Source: an uncultured Chloroflexia bacterium
GTDB taxonomy: Bacteria > Chloroflexota > Dehalococcoidia > DSTF01 > JALHUB01
Direction: 5' to 3'
Assembly (NCBI GenBank): GCA_963726245.1
Contig: CAVSBT010000031.1
Coordinates: forward strand, 1 to 64,000
DNA length: 64,000 nt
Below the pieces are notes generated by a model. The model was not told the DNA's origin and searched no databases. It saw only the letters and a program-made list of their open reading frames with translations. Shown here piece by piece: positions 33,385 through 46,082 of this stretch; within the stretch, counting starts at the first letter, position 1, and each line of letters opens with the position of its first letter. Both the position numbers and the translations under genes were made by a program.

Positions 33385-34311
33385 CTAGCGCGCCAGCCGG
33401 TACAGCCCCTGCCTCCAGCGCCAGCCGCAGCGCCTCCCCGTACTCCTCGCCCGTGATCCGCCGCGACAGCTCCGGGTAGCGGTCGGCCTTGTTCTCCGGC
33501 CGGTACTGGGCCATCACGTTCACGTAGGAGTGCACCGATAGCTCCCGGGCGATGAAGCGCATCACCTCGGCCGTGCCCGCCAGGCCCTCGGGCAGCACCA
33601 GGTGGCGGATGATGAGCCCCCGCACGGCCACGCCGTCCTCCATCCACCAGGTCGCCCACCTGGCGGTGCATCTCCTTCACCGCCGCCCTGGCCACCGGAT
33701 AGTAGTCCTTCACCAGCGAGTACCTGCGGGCGATGGCTTCGTCGGCGTACTTGATGTCCGGCATGTAGATGTCGAAGACGCCGTCCAGCAGGCGCAGCGC
33801 GTCCAGCGAGTCGTAGCCGCCGGTGTTGTAGACCAGCGGCACGCGCAGCCCGCCCTCGATCGGCGTATGGCAGCGCGGCCAGGATCTCGGCGCACGTGGA
33901 CGGTGGGCGAGACGAAGTTGATGTTGTGGCAGCCCAGGTTCTGCAGCTTGAGCATCGCCCCCGCCAGTTGCTCGTCGGTCACCGGCCGGCCCCAGCGGGC
34001 CTGCGATATCTCCCAGTTCTGGCAGTAGACGCAGGCCAGGTTGCAGGACGTGAGGAAGATGGTGCCCGACCCGCCCGTGCCCACCAGCGGCGGCTCCTCG
34101 CCGAAGTGGGGGCTGAAGGACGATATCACCGCCCGCGCGCCGATGCGGCAGAAGCCCCGCTGGTCGTCGGCGCGGCGGTCCACCTTGCAGCCCGCGCGGG
34201 CAGACCCGACAGGGGCTGGCCATCAGCTCCCAGGCCGCGTCGATGCGACGGCGCAGCTCCTGCGGCGAGAGCGTGCAGATACGACGGCTTGTGCACGGCG
34301 GCCCTGCTCAT
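33385..34311 (-). CDS. Radical SAM protein, PflX-like (frameshifted)
   Basis: HFGEEPPLVGTGGSGTIF, CNLACVYCQN (CxxxCxxC), HNINFVSP, DIYMPDIKY, EMHRQVG, IIRHLVLP, NVMAQYRP. Confidence 0.9.
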
Positions 34312-34361
34312 CGCTCTCAGTATAGCAATAGCGGCTCTCGCGGAGCACCGCTCCCTCTTGG

Positions 34362-34426
34362 CCGCTCATGGTGAGCTTGTCGAACCATGGCACCCCGCTC
34401 ATCCTTCGACAGGCTCAGGATGAGCG
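34362..34426. repeat. Inverted doublet of (C/G)TGAGCYTGTCGAA REP-like elements
   Basis: CGCTCATGGTGAGCTTGTCGAACCA facing CTTCGACAGGCTCAGGATGAGCG; further copies at 35124-35150 and 58459-58483. Confidence 0.8.
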
Positions 34427-34432
34427 AAATGC

Positions 34433-35097
34433 TCAAGCACCGCCGAGGGGCAGCCGGGGCCAGGGGGCACTGGGGGCACAGCGGCCGCTGCGCCTTGCAG
34501 ATGCGGCGGCCGTGCCTGATGAGGCTCATGTGGAACGGATAGACCTCGTCCGGCGCCAGCATGCCCTCCAGCAGCTCGTGGGCCTTCTCGGCGCCCGTCA
34601 CTGCGCTGGCACCAGCCCCAGGCGCCTGGCCACGCCGGTAGACGTGGGTGTCCACCGGCAGGGCCGGCATCCCCAGGGCGAACATCAGCACGCAGGCGGC
34701 GGTCTTGGGCCCCACGCCGGGCAGCGAGCGCAGCCAGGCCTTGGCCTCCGCCAGGGGCATCTCCTGCAGGAAGGACAGGTCGAAGGAGCCCAGGCGCCGC
34801 CACACCTCCTCCACGATCGCCTTGATGCGCGGCGCCTTGATGCGGGCCAGGCCGCCCACCTGGATCGCCTCCTCGATCGCCGCGCGGGTCGGCGCCCAGC
34901 AGCGCCTCCCAGGTGGGGAAGCGCAGGCGCAGGCGGGCGAAGGCGCGGCCGGAGTTGGCGTCGGAGGTGTTCTGGGAGAGGATGGTGAGGACAAGCTCGG
35001 TCATGGGGTCGCCGTGGGGCCGCCAGAGCAGCTCGCCGTACTCCTGGCGCAGAAGCTCGATGATCTCCCTGGGCGTCAGACGGCCATTTCCCTCCAT
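34433..35097 (-). CDS. nth: Endonuclease III (HhH-GPD, 4Fe-4S) (frameshifted)
   Basis: TILSQNTSD, LPGVGPKTAACVL, PVDTHV, HGRRICKAQRPLCPQCPL..CP. Confidence 0.92.
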
Positions 35098-35123
35098 CCT
35101 AGCACAGGGGCGGTTCCCCCTCA

Positions 35124-35150
35124 CCGCTCAGCCTGAGCCTGTCGAAGGCA
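35124..35150 (+). repeat. REP-like element
   Basis: CGCTCAGCCTGAGCCTGTCGAAGGC, same family as 34362-34426. Confidence 0.7.
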
Positions 35151-35305
35151 GCGAGTCGGCGGGGCCGCATTGGTCGACAGCTCACCAGAGCTGCTGGGGA
35201 CAGAGCGCGATCGCGATCCCCGTCGTGGCTCGAAGGTCACCAGCCGTTCCCTTGTGGCTGCCCAAAGGCGGCCCGTATACTGGTATGAGTCCTGGAGGAG
35301 GGTGC

Positions 35306-36358
35306 ATGACGCGGGAAGAGGTCCGCCTGACGGCCCTCGCCTCCTGCGCCGGTTGAGCCGGCAAGGCGGGCGCTGAAGCCCTGGCGCAGGTCCTGCGCCA
35401 GCTCAACGAAGTGCATCGCGCGGCGCCCACTTGCCCAACCTGCTGGTGGGCCTGGACGCTCGCGACGACGCCACCGTCTATCGCCTGAACGACGAGCAGG
35501 CGGTGGTGCTATCGGTGGATTTTTTTGCCCCGCTGGTGGACGACCCCTACGCCTTCGGCGCCATCGCCGCCGCCAACGCCATGAGCGACGTCTACGCCAT
35601 GGGCGGCGAGGTGCTCCTGGCCCTGAACGTGGCCGCCTTCCCCGACGACCTGAGCCAGGACATCCTGGCCGATATCCTGCGCGGCGGCGCCGACAAGGTG
35701 CTCGAGGCCGGCGGCCTCATCGCCGGCGGCCACACCATCATCGACGAGGAGCCCAAGTACGGCCTCTGCGTCATGGGCCTCGTCCACCCCCAGCAGGTCC
35801 TCACCAAGGCCGGCGCCCGCCCCGGCGATGCCCTCTACCTCACGCAAGCGCCTGGGCACCGGCATCATCACCACCGCCGCCATGCGCGACCTGGCCGAGC
35901 CCCGCCACCTGGAGTCCGCCATCGAGAGCATGCTGCGCCTCAACCGCCACCCCTCGCACATCGTGCGCGAGGTGGGGTGCCACGCCCTCACCGACATCAC
36001 CGGCTTCGGCCTGCTGGGCCACGCCCAGGAGATGGCCGAGGCCAGCGGCGTGGCGCTGCGCATCGAGGCCGGCCGCGTCCCCATGTTCGAGGGCGCCCTG
36101 GCCTACGCCGCCCAGGGCATCCGCACCGGCGGCGAGTCCCGCAACCGCCAGTTCTTCAGCCAAAGGTGCGCCTGGCGGAGGGCATCGCCGACGAGCTGGC
36201 CTCCGTCCTCTTCGACCCCCAGACCTCGGGCGGGCTGCTCATCGCCGCCTCGCCGGAGCAGGGGCGAGAGCTGGAGCGCGAGTTCGCCGCCGCCCATGAG
36301 TCAGCCTCTGGCGCATCGGCGAGGTGATCGGGGGCAAGGGATCGTAGTCCTGCCCTAG
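35306..36358 (+). CDS. selD: Selenophosphate synthetase, selenocysteine-containing (UGA 35354-35356; frameshifted)
   Basis: RBS GGAGG; MTREEVRLTALASCAG-U-AGK, DDATVY, VDFFAPLVDDPYAFGAIAAANAMSDVYAMGG, GGHT, TDITGFGLLGH, DPQTSGGLL. Confidence 0.95.
35381..35401 (+). promoter_or_regulatory. SECIS hairpin of selD
   Basis: CTGGCGCAG-GTC-CTGCGCCAG, loop 33 nt after UGA; apical GCAGGUC resembles the E. coli fdhF SECIS. Confidence 0.75.
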
Positions 36359-36372
36359 GCGCCGGGACTCCC

Positions 36373-36900
36373 ATGCGCATCCGCGACTTCCTGATACTGG
36401 TGCAGGAGCGGCTGGAGCCCCTCCTGCCGCCGGAGCTGCGCTCCTTCCAGGCCCGCATCCGCTTCACCCTCCTCCAGGTCTACTTCGACCATCCCTCCAT
36501 CCACTACGAGGTCTGGCCCCAGAAGAAGACCGGCCGCATCGAGATCGGCCTCCACTTCGAGGGGGAAGGCGAGAAGAACTACCGCTGGGCGGCCGTCCTG
36601 GCGGAGCGCATGCCCGAGGTGCAGGCCGCCCTCGGCCCGGCCATGGAGCTGGAGGAGTGGACGCCCACCTGGACCCGCCTCCACCAGACGCTGCCGATGG
36701 GGACGCTGGACGAAGGGCAGGCTAGACGAGGCGGCGCAGGACGGCTGGCGGCCCTCATCCAGACGATGGAGCCGATCCTGGAGGAATGCCGCCCGCTGCT
36801 GGGCCAGGCGCCCTGCGCCGAAGCCCGCCCCCGGCGCCCCGTGGGCGGCCCCGCTACGCCCGCCTGCGCCGCCGCCGTGGGGCGGTCGCGGCCCCTTCCC
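36373..36900 (+). CDS. Hypothetical protein downstream of selD (3' end uncertain)
   Basis: Clean high-GC3 ORF: [26 protein letters not shown]. Confidence 0.7.
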
Positions 36901-37869
36901 TTAGCAGGGCGACCACGCCCATGGCGCCCGAGTAGTCGCCCAGCTCGGCCTCTACCAGGCGCACCGCCTTCAGGGCCTCCTGCATGGCGCGGCGCGCCAT
37001 CTCCGCCCTGGCCGGGCCCAGGTAGAAGATCGCCCGCATGTGGCGGAGCCCGCCGCCGATGATGATGACCTCCGGGTTGAAGATGTCACGTAGGTGGCGA
37101 GGCCTATGCCCAGATAGTAGCCCGCCCGCTGGATGATGCGCGCAGGCCTCGGGGTCGCCGGCCACGGCGGCCCGGCAGACCGTCTCGGCGGTGAGCTCGC
37201 CCTCCTCCTCGGCCAGCCTGGCCAGCAGCGGCGAGCCGCCCCGCGGCGACGAGCCTTCCCCTCGAGCGGCGATGGCCCGCCCGGAGGCCAAGGCCTCCAC
37301 GTGGCCCGGCTTGCCGCAGCCGCAGAGGGGGCCGTCGGGGTCGATGGTGATGTGGCCGATCTCCCCGCCGCGCCCGTGGCCCCTCGGTAGAGCCTGCCGT
37401 CGAGATGAGGCCGCCGCCGATGCCGGTGCTGACGGTGATATAGACGATGTGGCGGCAGCCCCGGCCGGCGCCGTAGACGAACTCGCCGTAGAGCGGCAGC
37501 GGTGGCGTCGTTCTCCAGGTAGACGGGCACGCCCAGCCGCTCGTCCAGGTACTGGCAGATGGGCACGTCATGCCAGCCGGGCAGGTTGGGGGCGCTAGGG
37601 GATGCACCCCCGCCCGGAGTCGATGGGCCGGGCGAGCAGATGCCCACCGCCGCCAGGTCGCCCGGCTCGAGCCCCGCCTCCGCCAGAGCCGCCTCCAGGG
37701 AGCCGCGATGCGCTCCAGCACCACCTCCGGCCCCTCCTGCGGCGCTGGTGGGCCGCCGGTCCTCCCCCAGACGGCGGCCGTCGCCGTCGGCGACGACGGA
37801 GAGGATCTCTGCTGCCGCCCAGGTCCACCAGCCCCCAGGTATTCGTCCTACGCCCGCTGCTCCTGCCAT
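36854..37869 (-). CDS. ROK family sugar kinase (glucokinase-like; heavily frameshifted)
   Basis: [57 protein letters not shown]. Confidence 0.9.
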
Positions 37870-37945
37870 GGCAGACTCCTCCGGCACGAAGGAAACGGCG
37901 AGGGCCTCAGGGTCTGTTCCGCCCCTTCGGCCCCCCAAGCTGTGC

Positions 37946-38442
37946 CTATCGTGAGCCTGTCCTGAGCCCTCCGAGGGCCAGCGCGTCATCGCGAGGCTTC
38001 TCGGCGCGGGCCAGATGGTGTGACAGTCCTCGCCCCTTGATGGCCGCCAGGGTGGCCTGCCGCTCCTTCTCCCGCAGCTCGGCCATCGCCTTGTCGAACA
38101 TGGCCACCGCCTCCGGCCGGCCGGTGGCCTCGCAGCGACGGCGGATGCGGGCGGCGATGCCGCACTGCTCCAGGAAGACGATGCTGTGGGGCCAGGGGAA
38201 GAACATGAACCGCTCCGGCGGGCCGAAGCTAGGGCGCTCGCGGCCCAGCCAGTGGAAGCGCTCCTCCACGGTGGCGACCGGCTCCACCAGGGCCACCAGC
38301 GGCCCCTCCTCGGCGGTGGAGCGGGTGTCCACCAGCAGGCGCTCGGGGAACGTGCGGAAGATGATGGTGAACACGTCGCACAGGTCCACCACCTTCTCCA
38401 CCTCGCCAGGTCCACCAGCAGGCCGTTCTCGGTGTACACCAC
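37946..38442 (-). CDS. Conserved hypothetical protein (frameshifted)
   Basis: MYTENG..DVFTIIFRTFPERLLVDTR..VEERFHWLG..FMFFPWPHS; host-like codon usage. Confidence 0.65.
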
Positions 38443-38477
38443 TTCCCCCTGCCCTTAGTCTAGCCGCCCCGGAAAGC

Positions 38478-38512
38478 TAGAACCAGCAACCGCAGTCGGT
38501 TTGCTGGTTCTA
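38478..38512. terminator. Long hairpin downstream of groEL (terminator or REP-like)
   Basis: TAGAACCAGCAACCG-CAGT-CGGTTTGCTGGTTCTA. Confidence 0.5.
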
Positions 38513-38551
38513 TGGCTTTGAGTCTACAGCCGCGCTGTGCGGCGCCGCCCC

Positions 38552-40182
<1,631 letters not shown>

Positions 40183-40192
40183 CTAAGACGGA

Positions 40193-40219
40193 TTAGCACT
40201 CCTGCCTGGGGAGTGCTAA
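40193..40219. promoter_or_regulatory. CIRCE element (HrcA operator)
   Basis: Perfect TTAGCACTC-N9-GAGTGCTAA upstream of groEL. Confidence 0.95.
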
Positions 40220-40487
40220 TCATATTTTTAGCCTATCGCGGCTACGGGTGCAAGATAAGCTAAGAAACGTTCACGGTCATAAGTGGGCGTTCATACCGTC
40301 TGCAGGCCATCACACGACGTATTTCTTATGCTACATCCCCACATCATGCGCTATTCGCCATGTGAAACCCCAATCGTTCTGAACCCCACCGCTTCTGCCG
40401 GCCAATGCGCGTCATCAAGGGTTTAGAGAGCGTTCTGCGATGGAAAGCCCCTCCATAGGGGCGGCGGCAAGCGGTAACCGTTGGCCG

Positions 40488-40516
40488 TTGACACGGCATC
40501 ACCTCTATGGTAAGAT
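40488..40516 (+). promoter_or_regulatory. Sigma70 promoter for gltB
   Basis: TTGACA-17 bp-TAAGAT. Confidence 0.7.
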
Positions 40517-40611
40517 GCATGCGCAATTAACACGTCTATGGCGCCGCATGCCGTAGACTGAGGGGCCAACAATAGTTTATCCTCTACGGCATCTTTGGTG
40601 CTGAGGTTGGC

Positions 40612-40895
40612 ATGCTCGACCCGAAGCAGGTCAAAGGCTCCCTCTACGACCCCAGCTTCGAGCAAGATAGCTGCGGCGTGGGCTTCGTCGCCCGGCCCAG
40701 CGCGTCGCCCAGCCGCGACATTGTGGAGATGGCCCTCGAGGCGGTGGCCAACCTCACCCACCGCGGCGCCGTCGACGCCGACGCCAAGACCGGCGACGGC
40801 GCCGGCATCCTGGTGCAAATCCCCTGCCGCTTCCTCCAGCGCGAGGCCCGGAAGCTGGGGCTGCGCCTCACCACCGCCGACGCCCTGGCCGTGCC
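40612..40895 (+). CDS. gltB: Glutamate synthase large subunit, N-terminal fragment truncated at the segment junction
   Basis: [41 protein letters not shown]. Confidence 0.9.
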
Positions 40896-42453
40896 GGAAT
40901 GGTCTTGTTCTGCTGGCCGAGGATGCCTTGCTTGAAAGTGGGGCGGAAGAAGAGAGCAGCTGGTCGGTTGAGCGCCCGAGTAATCTGACCGCCATTTTTG
41001 ATCTGGATCTGGACAGCGAGGGCGAGCTGGAAGAAAGCTTGCATCCGATCGACCAGGAGGATGACAGCCCGGGCGGAGGGCTGATCACAAAGACCCGCGA
41101 TCTTTCCGGAAACCAGTTGGATCCGGTCAAGGCCTATCTCCAGGAAATGGGTTCCGTCGGCCTGCTTTCCTCGGACGAGGAAACCGAGATCGCCAAGAAG
41201 ATCGAAGACGGGGAAAAACTTATCCAGGACACCCTCCTGACCACGCCGCTGGCCGTTGAATACCTGCGCGAAGTGGCGGACAAGATGCTCGCCGGAAAAC
41301 GGACCATCGCCGATATTCTGCGCGGCCTGGATGAAACAGACAATCAGGTCAATGAAGAAAAAAAGGAGCACTTCCTTTGGCAGATCAGCGAAGCGCACCG
41401 GCTCAACGAAGAGCTTTCGGCCTTCCGTCTCGATCTGCTTGATCCCGCAATAACCAAGGGTGAAGCCCAGAAAATCAGGATCCGCGTCAAACGCAATACC
41501 AAGGCGATCGCCAAACTTTTTGAGCACGATCGCATCAGCGCCAAGCATCTCTCCGCCATCATCAGCCGGCTGCGCAAACAAGGGGCCAAACTTACCCCGC
41601 CGGCCCAGATCAGGGAAGACAAAGCCAAATATCCCCTCTTTCTTCAGGGGTGCGTCAAAACCCATGGCATCGATCATGAATCCCTGACCACCCTGCTTGC
41701 CGAAGTCACGGACGGGGAAAAAGTAAGCCGCGAATCAAAAAACGCCTTGGTGCAGGCCAATCTGCGCCTCGTGGTCAGCGTGGCGAAAAAGTATGCCAAT
41801 CGGGGGCTGCAGTTGCTCGATCTTATCCAGGAAGGCAACATCGGCCTGATGAAGGCCGTGGAAAAATTTGAATACCGTCGGGGCTACAAGTTCAGCACCT
41901 ATGCCACCTGGTGGATCAGGCAGGCCATCACCCGGGCCATTGCCGACCAAGGGCGCACCATCCGCATCCCCGTGCATATGATCGACACCATCAACCGGCT
42001 CCTCAAGGGCGCCAAGGATTTCTCCGGGAAACAGGCCGTGAACCAACCCCCGAGGAAATGGCCGAACGGCTCGATGTCGATTTGAGCAAGGTCAAGAATA
42101 TCCTGAAGATCGCCAAGGAGCCCCTCTCCCTGGACACCCCCATCGGCAGCAGCGAAGACAGCTATCTTTCCGATTTCATCGAAGATGTGGACTCCCTGTC
42201 GCCGGACGAGGCAACCGCCATGGAAAGCCTGCGGGAAAATCTCCGCAACGTCTTGCGCACCCTCTCCCCCCGGGAGGAGCTGGTCTTGCGCATGCGTTTC
42301 GGCATCGACACCTCGGTTGACCTGACCCTGGAAGAGGTTGGCGACAACTTCGCCGTAACCAGGGAGCGGATCCGCCAGATCGAAGCCAAGGCGCTGAAAA
42401 AACTCAAACACCCCACCCGGCGCAATCTGCTGTTTGCCTTTTATAACGATTAG
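40896..42453 (+). CDS. rpoD: Primary sigma factor RpoD-like (5'-truncated; one frameshift near 42025)
   Basis: [88 protein letters not shown]. Confidence 0.93.
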
Positions 42454-42599
42454 TCGGCTGTTCCGCCGAAGAACAGAGCTTCCCTTTCAGGAGACTCTGT
42501 TCTTCGGCGCCCGCGCCTGACAATGCCTTTGCCCAAAAAAACCGCTGCCTATCCGGCACTGGATCTTCAGCCCCTTCCATCCCTTGCGGTCTTGCTGAC

Positions 42600-43716
42600 A
42601 TGGACACCAGACACCAGTGGCTCTCCCTCGCCTTTACCCCGGGGCTTGGCCCAGCCACCCTCAAAAAACTTGTTGAGCGGTTCGGCTCCGCCCGGCAGAT
42701 TCTCGCGGCGAGCCGCAAGGAGCTTGAGGAATGTTCCTTTTTGCGCAAAGACTCCCTTGCCTGCCTGTGCGACCAGAGGAGCATTGCCGAGGCGGCGGCG
42801 GACAAAGAGCTTCGCCTGGCGGAAAAAGCCGGCACTATCCTGCTCTGCTGGGACGATCCGCTCTTTCCCCCCCTGCTCAAGGAAATAAACGACCCGCCGC
42901 CGATTCTCTATGTCTTGGGCTCCCCGCAACTCCTCAGCGCTCCGGGCATCGCCATGGTCGGAGCGCGAGCCGCCTCCTCCTACGGGTTGCAGGTGGCTGA
43001 GCGGCTGGCCACGGAGCTGGCCCGCCACGATCTTGTCATCACCAGCGGCTTTGCCCTGGGGATAGACACCGCCGCCCACCGGGGGGCACTGGCGGCAGGA
43101 GGTAAGACCATTGCGGTCATGGGCTGCGGCCTGGACATTGTCTATCCCAGCCAAAACCAGAAGACTCCATGAACAGATCGCCACTCACGGCGCGATAATC
43201 AGCGAAAGCCCTCTGGGGACTATGCCGGAAGGGTTTCGCTTTCCGGCGAGAAACCGGATTATCAGCGGTCTCTCCCTGGGGGTCGTGGTGGTGGAAGCCG
43301 CCCACCGTTCCGGGACCCTGATCACCGCACACCAGGCCTTGGAACAGGGGCGGGATGTTTTTGCCATCCCCGGCAGGATCGATTCCCCGAAAAGCGAAGG
43401 CTGCCACCGCCTGATCCAGGAAGGCGCAAAACTCGTGCACAGCGGAGCGGATATCCTTGCGGAACTGGCCCTGACCGCCCCGGCCTCCCCTCCGGAAACA
43501 AGACCGCAGGCCCCGCCCCTTCCCGAGGAAGAGGGGAAGGTCTTCTCCCTTCTCGAAGTCTACCCCAGAAACATCGAAGAGATTATCCAGGCGGCGCAAC
43601 TGCCATCCCACAGGATAAGCGAGATCCTGCTTCACCTCGAACTCCGTGGCTTGGTGGCTTCTTTACCGGGCAAACAGTACCAAAGGCTTGCGGAACCACA
43701 TTCGTCCAGTGTATAA
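42600..43716 (+). CDS. dprA: DNA-processing protein DprA (one frameshift)
   Basis: AMVGAR, SGFALGIDTAAH, FPARNRIISGLS, VVEAAHRSGTLITA, C-terminal wHTH. Confidence 0.95.
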
Positions 43717-43780
43717 GGCCCCTAGAGAAAGAGGCGCAGCTGCGCCAGCTTAACAAAACCGCACAGATCACCAGGATACC

Positions 43781-46075
43781 ATGTCACAATCGCTCATCAT
43801 TGTTGAGTCTCCGGCCAAGGCCCGGACCTTGCAGAAATATCTCGGCAAAAACTTTACGGTCAAGGCTTCGGTGGGTCATATCATCGATCTGCCGGTTAAA
43901 ACCCTGGGCGTTGATATTGCCAATGATTTTGCCCCCCAATACGTCACCATCCGGGGCAAGGGCAAAATCATCAGCGACCTGAAAAGCGCGGCGGAGAAGG
44001 CGGACCAGATTTATCTGGCCCCTGATCCGGACCGCGAGGGGGAGGCCATTGCCCACCATATCGCAGAAATTTTGCAATCCACGAACAAGCCCATCCACCG
44101 GGTTCTCTTCCATGAGCTCACAAAAAAAGCCATCCTCGCCGCCATCGAGCAGGCAACCGAGGTCAACCAGCAGCGTTTCGAAGCCCAGCAGACCCGGCGC
44201 ATTCTGGACCGTCTGGTGGGCTATCAGATCTCCCCTCTGCTGTGGGACAAGGTCCGCCGAGGATTAAGCGCCGGCCGGGTGCAGTCCGTCGCGGTCCGCA
44301 TGGTCTGTGAGCGCGAGCAGGCCATCGAGGCCTTTGTCTCCGAAGAGTACTGGTCCATCCACGCCACCCTGGAAGGAAAAACTCCCCCGCCCTTTGTCGC
44401 CCAGCTCGACCAGGGTTACGGAAAGAAGATTGATCTCAAGAAAAATAAGATCGGAACCGATAGCGAGGCGCAGGCCATTGTTGCCGCAGTGCGGGATGCT
44501 TCTTTTCTGGTGGAGAGCCTGGAGAAGAAAAAGAAGAAGCGCAACCCGAGCCCGCCCTTCATCACCAGCACCATGCAGATGGATGCCAACCGCAAGCTCC
44601 GCTTTTCCGCGAAAAAAACCATGACCCTGGCCCAGCGGCTCTATGAGGGCATCGAGTTGGGCGCCGAAGGCCCCACCGGCCTGATCACCTACATGCGGAC
44701 AGACTCCACCCGGATCAGCAACGAGGCCCTGGAAGAGGCCCGGCAGTATATCGGCACCGCCTTTGGGGAACAATTCCTCCCTGCCAAGCCGAATATCTTC
44801 AAAACCAGCAAATCCGCCCAGGACGCCCACGAAGCCATCCGCCCCACCGATGTACGCAACACCCCGGAAAAACTCGCCCCGTTTCTGGAAAAAGACATGC
44901 TGGCCCTCTACTCCCTGATCTGGAAACGCTTTCTCGCCTGCCAAATGGCCCCGGCCGAGTATGACCAAACCACCATCACCCTGGTGGCGGCCCGCGACTT
45001 TGTTTTTAAGACCGTAGGCTCCATCGTGCGTTTTCAAGGCTTCATGGCCCTGTACGAAGAGGCGGTGGACGAAGGTGCTTCTTCCGGGGATGGCAGGGAA
45101 GGGGACAACGCCGCCCTGCCGGACCTGAAAAAAGGCGAGACCGTCTCCCTCCTGAGCATCGAGCCGAAGCAACACTTCACCCAGCCGCCACCCCGGTATA
45201 CGGAGGCGACCCTAGTGAAAGCCCTGGAGGAAAACGGGGTGGGCCGCCCCTCCACCTATGCCTCCATCCTTTCCACCATCCAGGAGAAGGAATACGCCCT
45301 CCTGGTCCAGCGCAAATTCATGCCCACCGACCTGGGCAAGCTGGTCAACGAGCTGCTGGTCGCCCATTTTCCGGATATCCTGGACATCGAATTCACCGCC
45401 TCCATGGAGGAAAAGCTTGACGAGGTGGAGGCCGGTAAAAACCAGTGGCTCAAGGTCTTGCAGGATTTTTACACGCCGTTCAGCAAAACCCTGGACGCAG
45501 CCAAGGAGGAGATGAAATCGATCAAGAAAACGACCATCCCCACCGACCTGCCTTGTCCGCTCTGTGACGGAAAAATGGTGATCAAGTGGGGAAAAAACGG
45601 CGAATTCCTTGCCTGCGAGAAGTATCCGGTGTGCAAACACACCCAGGATTTCACCAGAAACGACGAGGGCAAGATCGTGCCCATCGAGAGGGAGCAGCCA
45701 GCCGAATCAGGCGAACTCTGTGAAAAATGCGGCAAACCCATGGTCTTTAAAAATGGACGTTATGGCAAGTTTCTCGCCTGTTCCGGCTATCCGGCCTGTA
45801 AAAACATCCGCGCCACCGGGACCGGGGTTCCCTGTCCGGAAGCAGGGTGCACCGGGGAACTCATCCAGAAGATATCCAAGCGCGGCAAGGTCTTTTACAG
45901 CTGCAACCGCTATCCCAAATGCACCTTCGCCCTGTGGGACAGGCCGGTCAATGAGCCGTGCCCGCAGTGCGGGTCTGCCTATCTTCTTGAGCGGGAGACG
46001 AAAAAAAGCGGTTTGCAGTTGCATTGCCCGAACAAGGAATGCGGGTATACAAAAAAGATCGGCGAGGAAGAATAA
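43781..46075 (+). CDS. topA: DNA topoisomerase I
   Basis: IVESPAKA, DPDREGEAIA, SAGRVQS, ITYMRTDS, GRPSTYA, C-terminal Zn ribbons. Confidence 0.98.
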   Translation: MSQSLIIVESPAKARTLQKYLGKNFTVKASVGHIIDLPVKTLGVDIANDFAPQYVTIRGKGKIISDLKSAAEKADQIYLAPDPDREGEAIAHHIAEILQSTNKPIHRVLFHELTKKAILAAIEQATEVNQQRFEAQQTRRILDRLVGYQISPLLWDKVRRGLSAGRVQSVAVRMVCEREQAIEAFVSEEYWSIHATLEGKTPPPFVAQLDQGYGKKIDLKKNKIGTDSEAQAIVAAVRDASFLVESLEKKKKKRNPSPPFITSTMQMDANRKLRFSAKKTMTLAQRLYEGIELGAEGPTGLITYMRTDSTRISNEALEEARQYIGTAFGEQFLPAKPNIFKTSKSAQDAHEAIRPTDVRNTPEKLAPFLEKDMLALYSLIWKRFLACQMAPAEYDQTTITLVAARDFVFKTVGSIVRFQGFMALYEEAVDEGASSGDGREGDNAALPDLKKGETVSLLSIEPKQHFTQPPPRYTEATLVKALEENGVGRPSTYASILSTIQEKEYALLVQRKFMPTDLGKLVNELLVAHFPDILDIEFTASMEEKLDEVEAGKNQWLKVLQDFYTPFSKTLDAAKEEMKSIKKTTIPTDLPCPLCDGKMVIKWGKNGEFLACEKYPVCKHTQDFTRNDEGKIVPIEREQPAESGELCEKCGKPMVFKNGRYGKFLACSGYPACKNIRATGTGVPCPEAGCTGELIQKISKRGKVFYSCNRYPKCTFALWDRPVNEPCPQCGSAYLLERETKKSGLQLHCPNKECGYTKKIGEEE

Positions 46076-46082
46076 CAGGAAG

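Noticed and set aside
40262-40480. Glutamine (glnA) riboswitch upstream of gltB
   Set aside because: CGTTCA occurs twice, but the conserved GGAAGUA/GAA..AACG elements are missing and the region lies upstream of the predicted promoter
40595-42085. Novel 496-aa fusion sigma factor
   Set aside because: Its N-terminus is an off-frame reading of gltB across the chimeric junction
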